From: Acidimicrobiia bacterium | Lineage (GTDB): Bacteria; Actinomycetota; Acidimicrobiia; Spongiisociales; ZC4RG35 | Assembly: GCA_965203555.1 (NCBI GenBank) | Contig: CBDBCY010000004.1 | Span: forward strand, 160,001 to 224,000 | Direction: 5' to 3' | DNA length: 64,000 bases | In this document: positions 42,888-52,964 of the stretch, one piece after another | Layout of the letters: every line of letters begins with the position of its first letter | Position numbering within the stretch: the stretch's first letter is position 1 | The notes under the pieces: generated by a model | What the model was told of the DNA's origin: nothing | Databases searched by the model: none | The model's input: the letters and a program-made list of their open reading frames with translations, nothing else | Program-made: the position numbers and the translations under genes

Positions 42888-43316
42888 ATGGCTATCAAAG
42901 AAGTAAGCGCACGGGTGAAGATGCAACTCTCGGCGGGAGAAGCGTCGCCCGCCGCGCCGGTGGGCACCTCCTTGGGCCCCCATGGCGTGAACCTCATGGA
43001 CTTCGTCCGGGCCTACAACGCGGCCACCCAGGATAAGAAGGGTTCGATCATCCCGGTGGAGATCACCATCTACAAGGACCGGAGTTTCACGTTCATCACC
43101 AAGACTCCTCCGGCGGCATCGCTGCTTCGCCAAGCCGCCCGGGTTGAGAAGGGTTCCGGCGAACCGCACATCACGAAGGTGGGAACCGTCACCTCCGATC
43201 AGGTGAAGGAGATCGCCAAGATCAAAATGCCGGACCTCAATGCCAACGATATAGAGGCCGCCATGCGGATAGTGGCCGGCACTGCACGGTCAATGGGTAT
43301 CGAGGTCGCCGGGTAA
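42888..43316 (+). CDS. rplK: 50S ribosomal protein L11
   Basis: [31 protein letters not shown]. Confidence 0.97.
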   Translation: MAIKEVSARVKMQLSAGEASPAAPVGTSLGPHGVNLMDFVRAYNAATQDKKGSIIPVEITIYKDRSFTFITKTPPAASLLRQAARVEKGSGEPHITKVGTVTSDQVKEIAKIKMPDLNANDIEAAMRIVAGTARSMGIEVAG

Positions 43317-43382
43317 GGACCGAATAAGACAAACCAGTGGGAGGCTCGCCATGAGCAAGCCGCCTGGACCACGGAGGTAAGA

Positions 43383-44099
43383 ATGGTAAAGAAGGGCAAG
43401 CGCTACAAGGATTCCTTGCGACGTTACGACCGCCGGTCGGCCTACTCGCCCACCGAGGCCTTGGATCTTGTGAAATTCATGGCTTCGGCACGGTTCGATG
43501 AGACCATAGAAGCCGCGTTTCGGCTCGGTGTCGACCCTCGCCGGGCAGATCAAATGCTCAGGGGAAACGTCTCCTATCCCCACGGCATCGGCAAGACCGT
43601 AAGGGTGGCCGTTTTCGCGCCCGCGGATCGACACGACGAAGCCCGCCGGGCCGGCGCCGACCGGGTCGGCGCGGATGATCTTATCCAAGAGATCGCCAAC
43701 GGTGGTTCGCTCGATTTCGATGTGGCCATCGCGGTACCGGCGATGATGCCCCGGGTGGGCAGACTGGGTCGCATCCTGGGCCCCCGGGGGCTGATGCCCA
43801 ATCCCAAGTCCGGCACGGTGAACAATGACCTCGCCACCACGGTCGCCGCATTCAAAGCCGGTCAGATCGAGTACCGGACCGATCGCTACGGGAACATCCA
43901 CTCCGTGATCGGCAAAGTCAGCTTCAGCACCAAGAAGCTGGCCGAAAACCTGTCGGCGTTGACCACCGAATTGAACCGGGCACGGCCGGCCGCCGCCAAG
44001 GGCAGGTACATGAGATCGTTGACGATCGCCTCGACTATGGGTCCGGGCGTCAAGATAGATGTGAACCGCCTGGATGAGTTGACGCCCCAATCGAGTTGA
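43383..44099 (+). CDS. rplA: 50S ribosomal protein L1
   Basis: FDETIE, LGVDPR, ILGPRGLMPNPKSGTV, STMGPG. Confidence 0.98.
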   Translation: MVKKGKRYKDSLRRYDRRSAYSPTEALDLVKFMASARFDETIEAAFRLGVDPRRADQMLRGNVSYPHGIGKTVRVAVFAPADRHDEARRAGADRVGADDLIQEIANGGSLDFDVAIAVPAMMPRVGRLGRILGPRGLMPNPKSGTVNNDLATTVAAFKAGQIEYRTDRYGNIHSVIGKVSFSTKKLAENLSALTTELNRARPAAAKGRYMRSLTIASTMGPGVKIDVNRLDELTPQSS

Positions 44100-44131
44100 A
44101 GTCAATGTCTCGGCGGCGCCGGGATTCCGTT

Positions 44132-44160
44132 TTGCCATGACTCTGCGTTTTCTCTAGGAT
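44132..44160 (+). promoter_or_regulatory. Putative sigma-A promoter for rplJL
   Basis: TTGCCA-17 nt-TAGGAT. Confidence 0.7.
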
Positions 44161-44191
44161 TTCATCGAAGACAACGCCAATCTCTGCACCT

Positions 44192-44292
44192 CGGCCCGAG
44201 ACCGCTGGTTGCCGAACAGCTCAAAGGAAGATTTCCGCCAGCGCAGGTCGGCATTTTGCCCCTGGTATCTCGGTTGAGGATGCCGGGGTTTT
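44192..44292 (+). promoter_or_regulatory. L10 leader (autoregulatory RNA)
   Basis: CCGAGACCGCTGG...CCAGCGCAGGT pairing, then a hairpin ending GGGGTTTT, in the rplJ 5' UTR. Confidence 0.75.
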
Positions 44293-44308
44293 ATTTGGAG
44301 GAATGAAA

Positions 44309-44845
44309 ATGCCGATGAGCCGAGCCGAAAAGGTTGAGAGGGTCGCCGTCATACGGGACCAGCTATCAGATGTGGAAGCCGTCTATCTGACTGAATACCG
44401 TGGACTCACCGTGCAGGAGATGCAACAGATAAGACGGTCTCTCAATGAAAGCGACGCTCGGATGCGGGTGACGAAAATGTCATTGACCCTGAGGGCGACA
44501 GAGGATCTGGGCTATGACGATCTGTCGGAACAACTGCAGGGTCCCACTGCCCTGGTGCTCGCGGAAGGCGACCCTCTGGCCGCAGCTAAGACCGTCAGGG
44601 AGCAGAGTCGCCAGCATCGAAGATTGATACTGAAGGGGGGGATCATGGACGGAAGATTCGTGGGAACCGACCAGGTGAGCGAGTTCGCCCTGCTCGGGTC
44701 ACGCTCCCAACTGATGGGAAAGGTGGCCGGTGGGATTTCGGGGCCCATAAACAAGGCGGCAGGCTTGTTCGCTTCCTTCAACCGCTCCGCGGTCGGAGCG
44801 TTCACCCAACTGCTGGAACGCAAACAAGCCGCGGAATCAGCTTGA
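44309..44845 (+). CDS. rplJ: 50S ribosomal protein L10
   Basis: EYRGLTV, GPTAL, LKGG; GGAGGA SD upstream; position before rplL. Confidence 0.95.
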   Translation: MPMSRAEKVERVAVIRDQLSDVEAVYLTEYRGLTVQEMQQIRRSLNESDARMRVTKMSLTLRATEDLGYDDLSEQLQGPTALVLAEGDPLAAAKTVREQSRQHRRLILKGGIMDGRFVGTDQVSEFALLGSRSQLMGKVAGGISGPINKAAGLFASFNRSAVGAFTQLLERKQAAESA

Positions 44846-44873
44846 GATTGCAGATCAAAGAAAGGAAAGAACA

Positions 44874-45257
44874 ATGGCCAAGATGAGCACGCAAGAACTG
44901 TTGAGTGTCTTTGAAGAGATGACCGTACTGGAACTGAAAGAGTTTCTGGACGCCTTCGAGAGCCACTTCGACGTAACCGCCGCCGCCCCGGTGGCGATGG
45001 CGGCTGTACCGGCGGCAGGGGCAGAGGAAGAAGAGGAAGCCGAGCAGACCGAATTCGACGTGGTGCTCACGGCCATCGGTCCCGCCAAGATCGCGGTCAT
45101 CAAGGAAGTCCGGGCCCTTACCAAGCTCGGCCTTCGCGAGTCCAAGGCCCTGGTGGACGCCTTCCCCAAGGCGATCCTCGAACAGGTCGACTCGGAGACC
45201 GCCGACGCAGCCAGGAAGCAACTGGAAGGCGCTGGCGCCTCGGCCGAGGTTCGCTGA
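44874..45257 (+). CDS. rplL: 50S ribosomal protein L7/L12
   Basis: [40 protein letters not shown]. Confidence 0.97.
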   Translation: MAKMSTQELLSVFEEMTVLELKEFLDAFESHFDVTAAAPVAMAAVPAAGAEEEEEAEQTEFDVVLTAIGPAKIAVIKEVRALTKLGLRESKALVDAFPKAILEQVDSETADAARKQLEGAGASAEVR

Positions 45258-45305
45258 GCACACTTCGAGAGTCTGACCAACCCCCTTCGGTAGAGAGCCG
45301 ACGCG

Positions 45306-45356
45306 ATCTGAATGGCCGGCCGGTCCCGATTAGGGGACCGACACCGGCAGATTTTT
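45306..45356 (+). terminator. Possible terminator after rplL
   Basis: CGGTCCC-GATTAG-GGGACCG core with outer GCCGG/CCGGC and ATCT/AGAT pairing, followed by TTTT. Confidence 0.5.
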
Positions 45357-45440
45357 GTGATGGGTGCAGGCGGTTCTTCCATACAGCCAGCAGGTTTATC
45401 GCTTCCAAGCTGCCGTTTGTCATAGTCCGTTCGAAAAGAA

Positions 45441-47993
45441 TCAAGCTCCGAGGTAGGAGGCCAGTTTCGCGGTTTCTCGCTCTCTGAGCAGTATGTAGGC
45501 GCTGAGTCGTTCCAGGGCTTGGGCGGTGGCCTTTTCGGCGTGGGGCAGATCGGCCTCGGAGAGGTACGCCTTGACTTTCCCGGCGATCTGTGGGTGGGAC
45601 AGGTGATGGACGCTGTCGACCAGGTACCGGACCACCATCGGGGGGAGAGAGGTTACGATGTCCTCCCAGTTCTGCCGGGCCTTCTCCCAGGCATAGGCGC
45701 CGGTCTTCTTGCGTCGGAATAGCCACCCCACCACCCAGGCCGAATCCTGGTTGCGGATGGTTCCATCCACCACTGCCCGCACGGTGGCGTCAATACCGGG
45801 TTCGTTCTCGACAAAGGTCAGCGAGCGTAGGAATCGCAGCTTTTCCTGGGGGGCATCGGTGGCTTCGTACAGGGAGAACAGTCTCTGGTAGGTGGCGTGG
45901 TCGCTATGGGCAGCCACCGTATAAAGACTTGCCTGTGCTACCTCGGGGTCGACCGTCCGGGGATCGGACAACCACTGTTCGAACCTGTCCACGGAGCCGG
46001 CGACGTAGTCGGGATGGCAGGCCAGCCGTCCGGCGGCGCCCAGCATCAGGCCCCGAAGCTGGCGGGTCAGGTCACTGTCATTCGGATGGGGATCCCATCC
46101 CAGCCGTTCGAGAGTCGGCCCGATCAATTCCATCACCAGGCTCGAAAACCTTCCCTGATGATCTTTCCCTACCAGATGGTGATGCATGGTCCCCAAACCG
46201 CCCAAGACCGCCGACCAGATGACGAATTCCTTCTCGGTCCGATAGGTGGCGGCGACGTCCAGGTAGGCGGTGGCCGGCAACTCTCCGCTTTCCACCAGCG
46301 CCCAGGTGTCGTCGATCAAACAGAAGCGCTCCAGGTCGTCTAGGCCGTCCAGGTGTGTCAATATCCCGTTACGAAGTCGCTCCGGATAGAGCACCCGATA
46401 GAAACCGTGTCCACCGGCGTTGGCGGTGATCCAGGAAGGCGGGGAGTCGAGCGCCACATGGGTGCGCCGCTCGGAGACCAGGTGGTTAGTGTGAAAGGCT
46501 CCTTGAGTCGTCTCTCCCCGCAGTTGGATGGGTATCCGCCAACTGGTCGGATCATCGGAGGGAATTCTGAGATGACGTTTCTGGGTGATCGTCACGCCTT
46601 CCGAACCCTCCTTCACTTCCAGCAGGGGATAGCCGCCCTGCAGGATCCAGGTGTCCATGATCTCTCCCACGGGCTCTCCCGAGGCCTGGTTGAGACTCAC
46701 CCACAGATCGGCGGTGTCGGTGTTGCCGTAGGCATGGGCCCGCAGATAATTCCCCACTCCATTCCGGAAGGTATCCTCTCCCAGGTACTGCTCGATCATC
46801 CGCAGGATCGCCGAACCCTTCCCGTAGGTGAGGGCGTCGAACATCTCGTTGGCTTCGGACGGCGAGTTGACCTCGAACTCCACCGGCCGGGTGCTGGCCA
46901 GCGAATCCACCCCGTAAGCCCAGGGCCGCTCCAGGCCGGCGAAGGCGAGCCATCTCTTCCACTCGGGTCGCATGGCGTCGGCGGCCTTCATCTCCATGAA
47001 GGTGGCGAATGCCTCGTTCAGCCAGATTCCGTTCCACCATTTCATGGTGACCAGGTCGCCGAACCACATGTGGGCCAACTCGTGGGCGATCACGTCGAGG
47101 ATGCGGATCATCTCGTCGGTGGTGGCAGTGGCGGGGTCGGTGAGCAGGGCGGTCTCGCGATAGGTGATACAGCCCAGGTTCTCCATGGCGCCGAAGGCGA
47201 AGTCGGGTACGGCGAGATGGTCGATCTTGTCTCCGGGATAGGGGATGCCGTAGTAGGACCTGAAGTACCGAAGACAGAACACTGCGCATTCCAGGGCGTA
47301 GTCGGTCAGATGGAGCTTGCCTCTCGGCGCCACCACTCTCACGGCCACGCCGTCCACGTCAACCGGGTCGGTGGCTTCGAAGTCCCCGATCACGAACGCC
47401 ACCAGATAGGTGGACATCGGGATGGTGTCGGCATAGGTGATCGCAACAGTGTCCGCTCCGGCTTCGATCCGACTGATCTCGGGGCTGTTGGAGACTGCCA
47501 TGAGATGGTTGGGCGTCACCAGCGTTATGCCGAAAACCGCCTTGAAGTCGGGCTCATCCCAGCACGGAAATGCCCGCCGGGCATCGGTGGCCTCGAACTG
47601 GGTGGTGGCGATCACCTGCTGTTCGCCGTCCACATCTGTAAAGGTGGAGCGATAGAACCCGTGGAGTTGGTCGTTGAGGATGCCGGTGAACACCACCGTC
47701 AGAACAGCTGCTCCGACCGGGGCGCTTGCCTCCAACCTGATGGTGGCCCGCTCCAGTTCGGCCTGGTAGTCGATGGTTCCCTCCAGGCGGGTTCCGTCAG
47801 CAACTGTCAAGGTGGCCCGGCCTATCCGCAGCTCGACCGCGTTGAGGACGATCTCGGCTGTCGGCTCGTTCACATTCACTCGGATCTCGACTCGGCCCTG
47901 GAAGGTGAATTCCTCGAAATCAGGTTCGATCCGCAGGTCGTACCGGCTGGGAATTACCGACCGAGGCAGTCGGTGCGGATCGGCTTTGCTCAT
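45441..47993 (-). CDS. pepN: M1 family aminopeptidase (PepN / puromycin-sensitive type)
   Basis: ATTQFE, ARRAFPCWDEP, GAMEN, HELAHMWFG, WLNEAFA, YGKG. Confidence 0.93.
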   Translation of the reverse strand: MSKADPHRLPRSVIPSRYDLRIEPDFEEFTFQGRVEIRVNVNEPTAEIVLNAVELRIGRATLTVADGTRLEGTIDYQAELERATIRLEASAPVGAAVLTVVFTGILNDQLHGFYRSTFTDVDGEQQVIATTQFEATDARRAFPCWDEPDFKAVFGITLVTPNHLMAVSNSPEISRIEAGADTVAITYADTIPMSTYLVAFVIGDFEATDPVDVDGVAVRVVAPRGKLHLTDYALECAVFCLRYFRSYYGIPYPGDKIDHLAVPDFAFGAMENLGCITYRETALLTDPATATTDEMIRILDVIAHELAHMWFGDLVTMKWWNGIWLNEAFATFMEMKAADAMRPEWKRWLAFAGLERPWAYGVDSLASTRPVEFEVNSPSEANEMFDALTYGKGSAILRMIEQYLGEDTFRNGVGNYLRAHAYGNTDTADLWVSLNQASGEPVGEIMDTWILQGGYPLLEVKEGSEGVTITQKRHLRIPSDDPTSWRIPIQLRGETTQGAFHTNHLVSERRTHVALDSPPSWITANAGGHGFYRVLYPERLRNGILTHLDGLDDLERFCLIDDTWALVESGELPATAYLDVAATYRTEKEFVIWSAVLGGLGTMHHHLVGKDHQGRFSSLVMELIGPTLERLGWDPHPNDSDLTRQLRGLMLGAAGRLACHPDYVAGSVDRFEQWLSDPRTVDPEVAQASLYTVAAHSDHATYQRLFSLYEATDAPQEKLRFLRSLTFVENEPGIDATVRAVVDGTIRNQDSAWVVGWLFRRKKTGAYAWEKARQNWEDIVTSLPPMVVRYLVDSVHHLSHPQIAGKVKAYLSEADLPHAEKATAQALERLSAYILLRERETAKLASYLGA

Positions 47994-49432
47994 GGTGAAC
48001 GGGGATCCGGATTGGGGGAGGACCAGTCGGTGTGAAAAGCCTCGGTGACGGGCCGATCGGTCCTGCGGTAGGTGTGGGCACCAAAGTAGTCACGCTGGGC
48101 GGCCACCAGGTTGGCGGGGAGCCTTTTCGACCGGAATCCGTCATAGAAGGCCAGGGCGGCCGAGTAACCCGGAGCGGGAATACCCGCCAAGGCCGCCTTG
48201 GCCACCATCAGTCGCCATCCCTCGGAGGCTCCGGCAACAGCCTGGGTGAAGTGGTCATGCATGAGGAGGTTGAGAGGTGGCGGATCGCAGCGGTAAGCGG
48301 CGATCACCTCTTCCAGCAACCGGGCGCGGATGATGCATCCGTTCCTCCACACCTGGGCGATGCGGGCCAGATCGAAGTGCCATTCGAACTGGTGTGAAGC
48401 GGCGGCGAGCACCATGAAACCCTGGGCGTAGGAGACGATTTTGGAGGCGTACAGGGCGTCATGTATCCAGCCTGCCAACCGGGTCCGGTCTCCGCTCAGC
48501 AACGGTTCTCCCGGGGCGCCTCCGGGGCCTCCCAGCACTTGCGATGCTGCCGTCCGGTCCGATTTGAGAGCCGAAACGCCGCGGGCCATCACCGCCTCGG
48601 CCACCAGCGTCATGGGCTGCCCCAGGTCCAGCGCCACTTTGACGGTGTCGCGGCCGGTGCCCTTCTGGGAAGCCAGGTCCAGTATCTTTTCCAAGAGCGG
48701 CTGCCCGTCGTCGTCCCGGCGGGCCAGAATCTCGGTGGTGATATCCACCAGGTAGGAATCCAAGGGACCGCTTCTCCATTCCTCGAACAGTTCGCTCATC
48801 TCCCGGTGGCTCATCCCGGTGGACTTGAGGAGGTGGTAGGCCTCCGCCAGCAGTTGCATGTCTCCGTATTCGATGCCGTTGTGGACCATCTTCACGAAAT
48901 GCCCGGCACCCTCCGGTCCGAGAAGGTCGCAGCATGCAGTCCCGTCTTCCAATTTGGCGGAGATGGCGGTGAGCGGAACTTCCAACAGGCGCCATGCCTC
49001 CGGACTGCCGCCCACCATTATCGACGGACCGTGCCTGGCGCCCTCCTCGCCTCCTGATACTCCCACTCCCAGATAGTGAATACCGCGGGACTCCGTTTGG
49101 GTCTGCCGGCGGGCGGTGTCCCGGAAGAACGAGTTGCCGAGGTCGGCGATGACGTCGCCGGCAGACAACAGAGGCGAGAGACGCTCTATGAAAGAGTCCA
49201 CCGGCCATCCCGCCTTGACCAGCACAAGGATCCTGCGGGGGCGGTCCAGCATGGCAACCAGATCTTCCAGGCTGTCGGCGCCCTGCACGGGTTTGCCGGA
49301 AGCTGATTCGGCCAGGAAGCGATGGGTGGTGGCTGTCGTCCGGTTGTGTACCGCCACTCTGAAGCCGTTGTCCACCAGGTTGAGGACCAGATTCTGTCCC
49401 ATCACCGCCAGACCGATCAGTCCGATGTCCAT
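47990..49432 (-). CDS. gnd: 6-phosphogluconate dehydrogenase, decarboxylating
   Basis: IGLIGLAVMG, VSGGEEGA, FVKMVHNGIEYGDMQ, QKGTG, AQRDYFGAH. Confidence 0.97.
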   Translation of the reverse strand: MDIGLIGLAVMGQNLVLNLVDNGFRVAVHNRTTATTHRFLAESASGKPVQGADSLEDLVAMLDRPRRILVLVKAGWPVDSFIERLSPLLSAGDVIADLGNSFFRDTARRQTQTESRGIHYLGVGVSGGEEGARHGPSIMVGGSPEAWRLLEVPLTAISAKLEDGTACCDLLGPEGAGHFVKMVHNGIEYGDMQLLAEAYHLLKSTGMSHREMSELFEEWRSGPLDSYLVDITTEILARRDDDGQPLLEKILDLASQKGTGRDTVKVALDLGQPMTLVAEAVMARGVSALKSDRTAASQVLGGPGGAPGEPLLSGDRTRLAGWIHDALYASKIVSYAQGFMVLAAASHQFEWHFDLARIAQVWRNGCIIRARLLEEVIAAYRCDPPPLNLLMHDHFTQAVAGASEGWRLMVAKAALAGIPAPGYSAALAFYDGFRSKRLPANLVAAQRDYFGAHTYRRTDRPVTEAFHTDWSSPNPDPRSP

Positions 49433-49545
49433 GGTTTTCTTTGCAGCCACCCAGGGCAAGGGTAATCAGTCCGACCGCCGGGAAGGCGCAAGAAACCCGG
49501 GAAGGGGGACCCGGGTGAGTCTGCGACCACGGTATCTTTCCGGGG

Positions 49546-51267
49546 ATGCGCTGGTCCGAACTGTTCATACCCACGCTGCGGAACGATCCCGCCCATGCCG
49601 AGGCGGCCAGCCACCGCCTCCTCCTGAGGGGAGGATTCATACGGCAACTGGCCGCCGGCCACTATTCCATGTTGCCTCTGGGGCAGCGGGTCCGCGCCAA
49701 GGTGGACCGGATCATCCGGGAGGAGATGGACGCCATCGGGGGCCAGCAGGTGCACCTGCCCGCTCTCCATCCCGCCGAGGTGTGGCGCCAGTCGGGACGG
49801 TGGGAGGCCATGGGGGAGGAGATGTTCCGCCTCGAGGACCGGAAGGGAGTGGATCAATGTCTGGGCATGACCCATGAGGAGGTGATCGCCCTGCTGGCGG
49901 GGGAGGTGTTCTCCTATCGGGATCTTCCCCAGGTCTGGTACCAGATCCAGACCAAGTTCCGCGACGAGCCCCGGCCCAAGTCGGGGGTGCTGCGGGTGCG
50001 GGAGTTCACCATGAAGGACTCCTATTCACTGGACGTGGACCAGGCGGGGCTGGACGTCGCCTTCGATCACCACCATCAGGCCTACACCGCCATCTTCCGC
50101 CGTTGCGGGCTCGAAGCTCTCGACGTGGCGGCCTCCTCGGGAGCGATGGGCGGGTCCGAGTCGGTCGAGTTCATGGTTGCCAGCCCGGCCGGGGAGGATT
50201 GGATCGTCACCTGCGACGGCTGTGACTACCGGGCAAACCTGGAGAGGGCGGTGTCTGTGACACCGGAGATCGACGACGGTCCCACCTGCGGGGAGACCCA
50301 GCCTCTGGCCACTCCCGGAATCCGCACCATCCGCGCTCTTGCCGACGCTCACCCCGATCAAGCCGGGGAGGACCGCCAGATCAAGACCCTCGTCTACATG
50401 GTGGACGGCCAGCTCACATTGGTGCTTCTCCGGGGAGATCACGAACTGATCGAGCAGAAGCTGGTGGACACCCTCGGGGTCGCCAATCTGCGCCCTGCCC
50501 ACCGGGACGAGATCCATGCCTCCCTGGGCGCCGATCCGGGGAGCCTGGGGGCCGTGGGCGTGAAGCACCTGCCGATAATCGCCGATCGCGCCCTGGAGGG
50601 CCGGCGCAACCTGGTGACCGGCGCTAACCGGGATGACTGGCATCTCGTCTCGGTGGACGTGACACGGGACATCGATGTGGGGCGGTGGGCCGACCTGCGG
50701 GGGATTTCCGCAGGCGAGAAGTGCCCGGAGTGCGGCGGGACGTTCGACGTGTGGCGGGGGATCGAGGTGGGGCACATCTTCAAGTTGGGCGACCGATACT
50801 CCAAGGCGATGGGCGCCATCATCCAGAACGAGCAGGGCGAGTCCACCCCCATCGTGATGGGCTCCTACGGGATAGGGGTGGAGAGGACCATGGCGGCCGT
50901 TGTGGAGTTCTCCCACGACCGGCGAGGGATCATCTGGCCGGCCTCGGTCGCTCCCTATCACGTCGTGATCACGGTGCTGCGCGCCGACGACCCCGACACT
51001 CTGGCGGTGGGAGAACGCATCTACGAGGAACTGACCGGAGCGGGGATTGAGGCCCTTCTGGACGACCGCCCTGAACGGCCGGGTGTAAAGTTCGCCGACG
51101 CCGAACTGATCGGCATCCCCTACCGGATCACCGTCGGCCCGCGAGGACTGGCCCAGGGCCTCGTGGAACTCACCACCCGCGCCGATCTGAATACCGTCGA
51201 CGCCCCCGCGGCCGAGGTCACCGGTAGCGTCGCCGACCTGGTTAGGGCCGCCCTGTCGTCCGCCTAG
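49546..51267 (+). CDS. proS: Proline--tRNA ligase (bacterial type with editing domain)
   Basis: THEE, KFRDEPRP, REFTMKDSYS, IEVGHIFKLG, MGSYGIG, GVKFADAELIG. Confidence 0.97.
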   Translation: MRWSELFIPTLRNDPAHAEAASHRLLLRGGFIRQLAAGHYSMLPLGQRVRAKVDRIIREEMDAIGGQQVHLPALHPAEVWRQSGRWEAMGEEMFRLEDRKGVDQCLGMTHEEVIALLAGEVFSYRDLPQVWYQIQTKFRDEPRPKSGVLRVREFTMKDSYSLDVDQAGLDVAFDHHHQAYTAIFRRCGLEALDVAASSGAMGGSESVEFMVASPAGEDWIVTCDGCDYRANLERAVSVTPEIDDGPTCGETQPLATPGIRTIRALADAHPDQAGEDRQIKTLVYMVDGQLTLVLLRGDHELIEQKLVDTLGVANLRPAHRDEIHASLGADPGSLGAVGVKHLPIIADRALEGRRNLVTGANRDDWHLVSVDVTRDIDVGRWADLRGISAGEKCPECGGTFDVWRGIEVGHIFKLGDRYSKAMGAIIQNEQGESTPIVMGSYGIGVERTMAAVVEFSHDRRGIIWPASVAPYHVVITVLRADDPDTLAVGERIYEELTGAGIEALLDDRPERPGVKFADAELIGIPYRITVGPRGLAQGLVELTTRADLNTVDAPAAEVTGSVADLVRAALSSA

Positions 51268-51898
51268 ATACCTCCCCCCGGAGTCATGTCCACACAGTGT
51301 GATGGAGCTCCCCCAACGCGCTCTCCCCCTGTCGCACCGGAAGGTTACATCGGCCCGGTCACCCTGCTCTCCAAGACGGTGGGACAGAACGGCCAAGCAG
51401 TCCTTGGCTGCGGCTCCCGCAACTCGACTTTGGGTTCTAAGAACCCACCCTTCTAGATTGCTCCCCCTCGGTACCGACCCTGAATGTGCTGATGAACCCT
51501 GCCGTGCTTGTACTTCGTAGCGCATGGGGAGTTGCCACCGGTAGGGCCGATCCTACAGCGGATTGCCATAGGCCATCACGATGCGAGGGCTCGCCGTCCT
51601 AGTTGTGCAGGATGAGGAGATCCGGTAACAAGGATTAGTTGTTTGATGCGATTCGGCTGGGAAGTCGCTTTCAGTGGCACGTCCCGGCGGCTCGGTAATC
51701 GGAGCATGCGAAGAGGTCATACCTGAACCTGTGGATCGCCTGGCCAGGGACTTGGGGGTGGCGTTGTTGAGGATGGCTGGTTTCCTGTTTGTTCGTTGTA
51801 GGGGAGTTTGTACCGCTTCTGACCGGGAGATCACAAGAAATCAGGACAGGACGGGTTGAGATCATGGTCATATCACATGCCGGGGTGTTAACCTGACT

Positions 51899-51917
51899 GA
51901 GAATGATAATCATTCTA
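51899..51917 (+). promoter_or_regulatory. Fur-family (Fur/Zur) operator
   Basis: GAGAATGAT-A-ATCATTCTA 9-1-9 inverted repeat; 15/19 match to the classical GATAATGATAATCATTATC box; 32 nt before the ATG. Confidence 0.8.
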
Positions 51918-51949
51918 AGTCTCCGCAATCACCTAGAAAGGGAGAAGGG

Positions 51950-52729
51950 ATGAAACGCCTGGCAGCGATAATCCTGCTGACCGTCCTAGCGGCACCAGCC
52001 ATCCCGGCAGGAGCCCAAGGCGCCCCGCCAACCAGCGACGGACCGGAGGGCATCAATCTCGTTTGGAAATGCATGCCCAACTGGTGGTGGGAAGCCCACC
52101 AAAAAGGCCGAGACCTCGACCCGAGCGGGGAGACCTGCGATTGGGTCTACGACATGACCCACGACGCCATGCACGATCACGAAGACGATGACCACGATGA
52201 CGGTCACGACGAGGGACCCCCCGGCATGACCGACCCCTACCAAGGAGGAGTCCACGAGGGAACCAGAATCGTTTGGACTTGCATGCCAGGCCTCGACGGA
52301 ACCGGCCAGGTCTGCGCGTGGATTTATGACACCGGTCACGGCCATAGCCACGGGGAAGAAGAGCATCACGACGACCACGACGAGCCGCACCGCCCGCAGG
52401 CGTTGGCGGCGTTCTCGGCATCCTGTCAGACCGTGGGAACCGATATCCAGTGTCAACTGTCGATAACACCGACCGAGGGAGACCTGCAGCCCATCCGGTA
52501 CCGGGTTGCGATCGTTGACGGGCAGACCAAAGCCAAGGTAGCCATATTGCACCTGTCGCCCACCGACCTGAACCCGACGGTAACCCTGTCGGATGCTGAC
52601 AACAGCAACCTGATTCTGAAGGCGCGAGCCGTGGGCGATTGCAAGCGAGAAACCAAGCGCGACGCCGGAGCCGAAACCTGTAGCCGGTTCAAGGGCCCAG
52701 TCAGCAAGGCAACCGTCCGGGTAGGGTAA
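51950..52729 (+). CDS. Secreted His/Asp-rich protein with two Cys/Trp repeats, unknown function
   Basis: SD GGGAG; signal peptide MKRLAAIILLTVLAAPAIPAGA; repeated VWxCMP...CxW[VI]YD module, each followed by a His-rich tract. Confidence 0.8.
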   Translation: MKRLAAIILLTVLAAPAIPAGAQGAPPTSDGPEGINLVWKCMPNWWWEAHQKGRDLDPSGETCDWVYDMTHDAMHDHEDDDHDDGHDEGPPGMTDPYQGGVHEGTRIVWTCMPGLDGTGQVCAWIYDTGHGHSHGEEEHHDDHDEPHRPQALAAFSASCQTVGTDIQCQLSITPTEGDLQPIRYRVAIVDGQTKAKVAILHLSPTDLNPTVTLSDADNSNLILKARAVGDCKRETKRDAGAETCSRFKGPVSKATVRVG

Positions 52730-52964
52730 TCATCCCCTAGACTTACCTGCAGGCTCCAACCTTCGGTTCTCAGTCTAGGAGCTAGACGAGGTCGAGGGCG
52801 TCCCACTGGCGGTCGGCCAGGCCTTCTTCCATCGCTGGGGTGTGCAAACTGAGCCACTACCCGGCCGAGCAGGGCAGGTATGATATTAGTGTGATTCTTA
52901 GGCTGATGTTATGACTTGTTGTGATGTGTTGCTGGCGCCGCATTTGGGTTCGTTTTGAGGTGAT

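Noticed and set aside
52736-52779. 8-bp inverted repeats cctagact/agtctagg, and acccagtc/gactgggt near 55365-55441
   Set aside because: Too short, with long loops and no target-site duplication; cannot support a MITE or terminator call.
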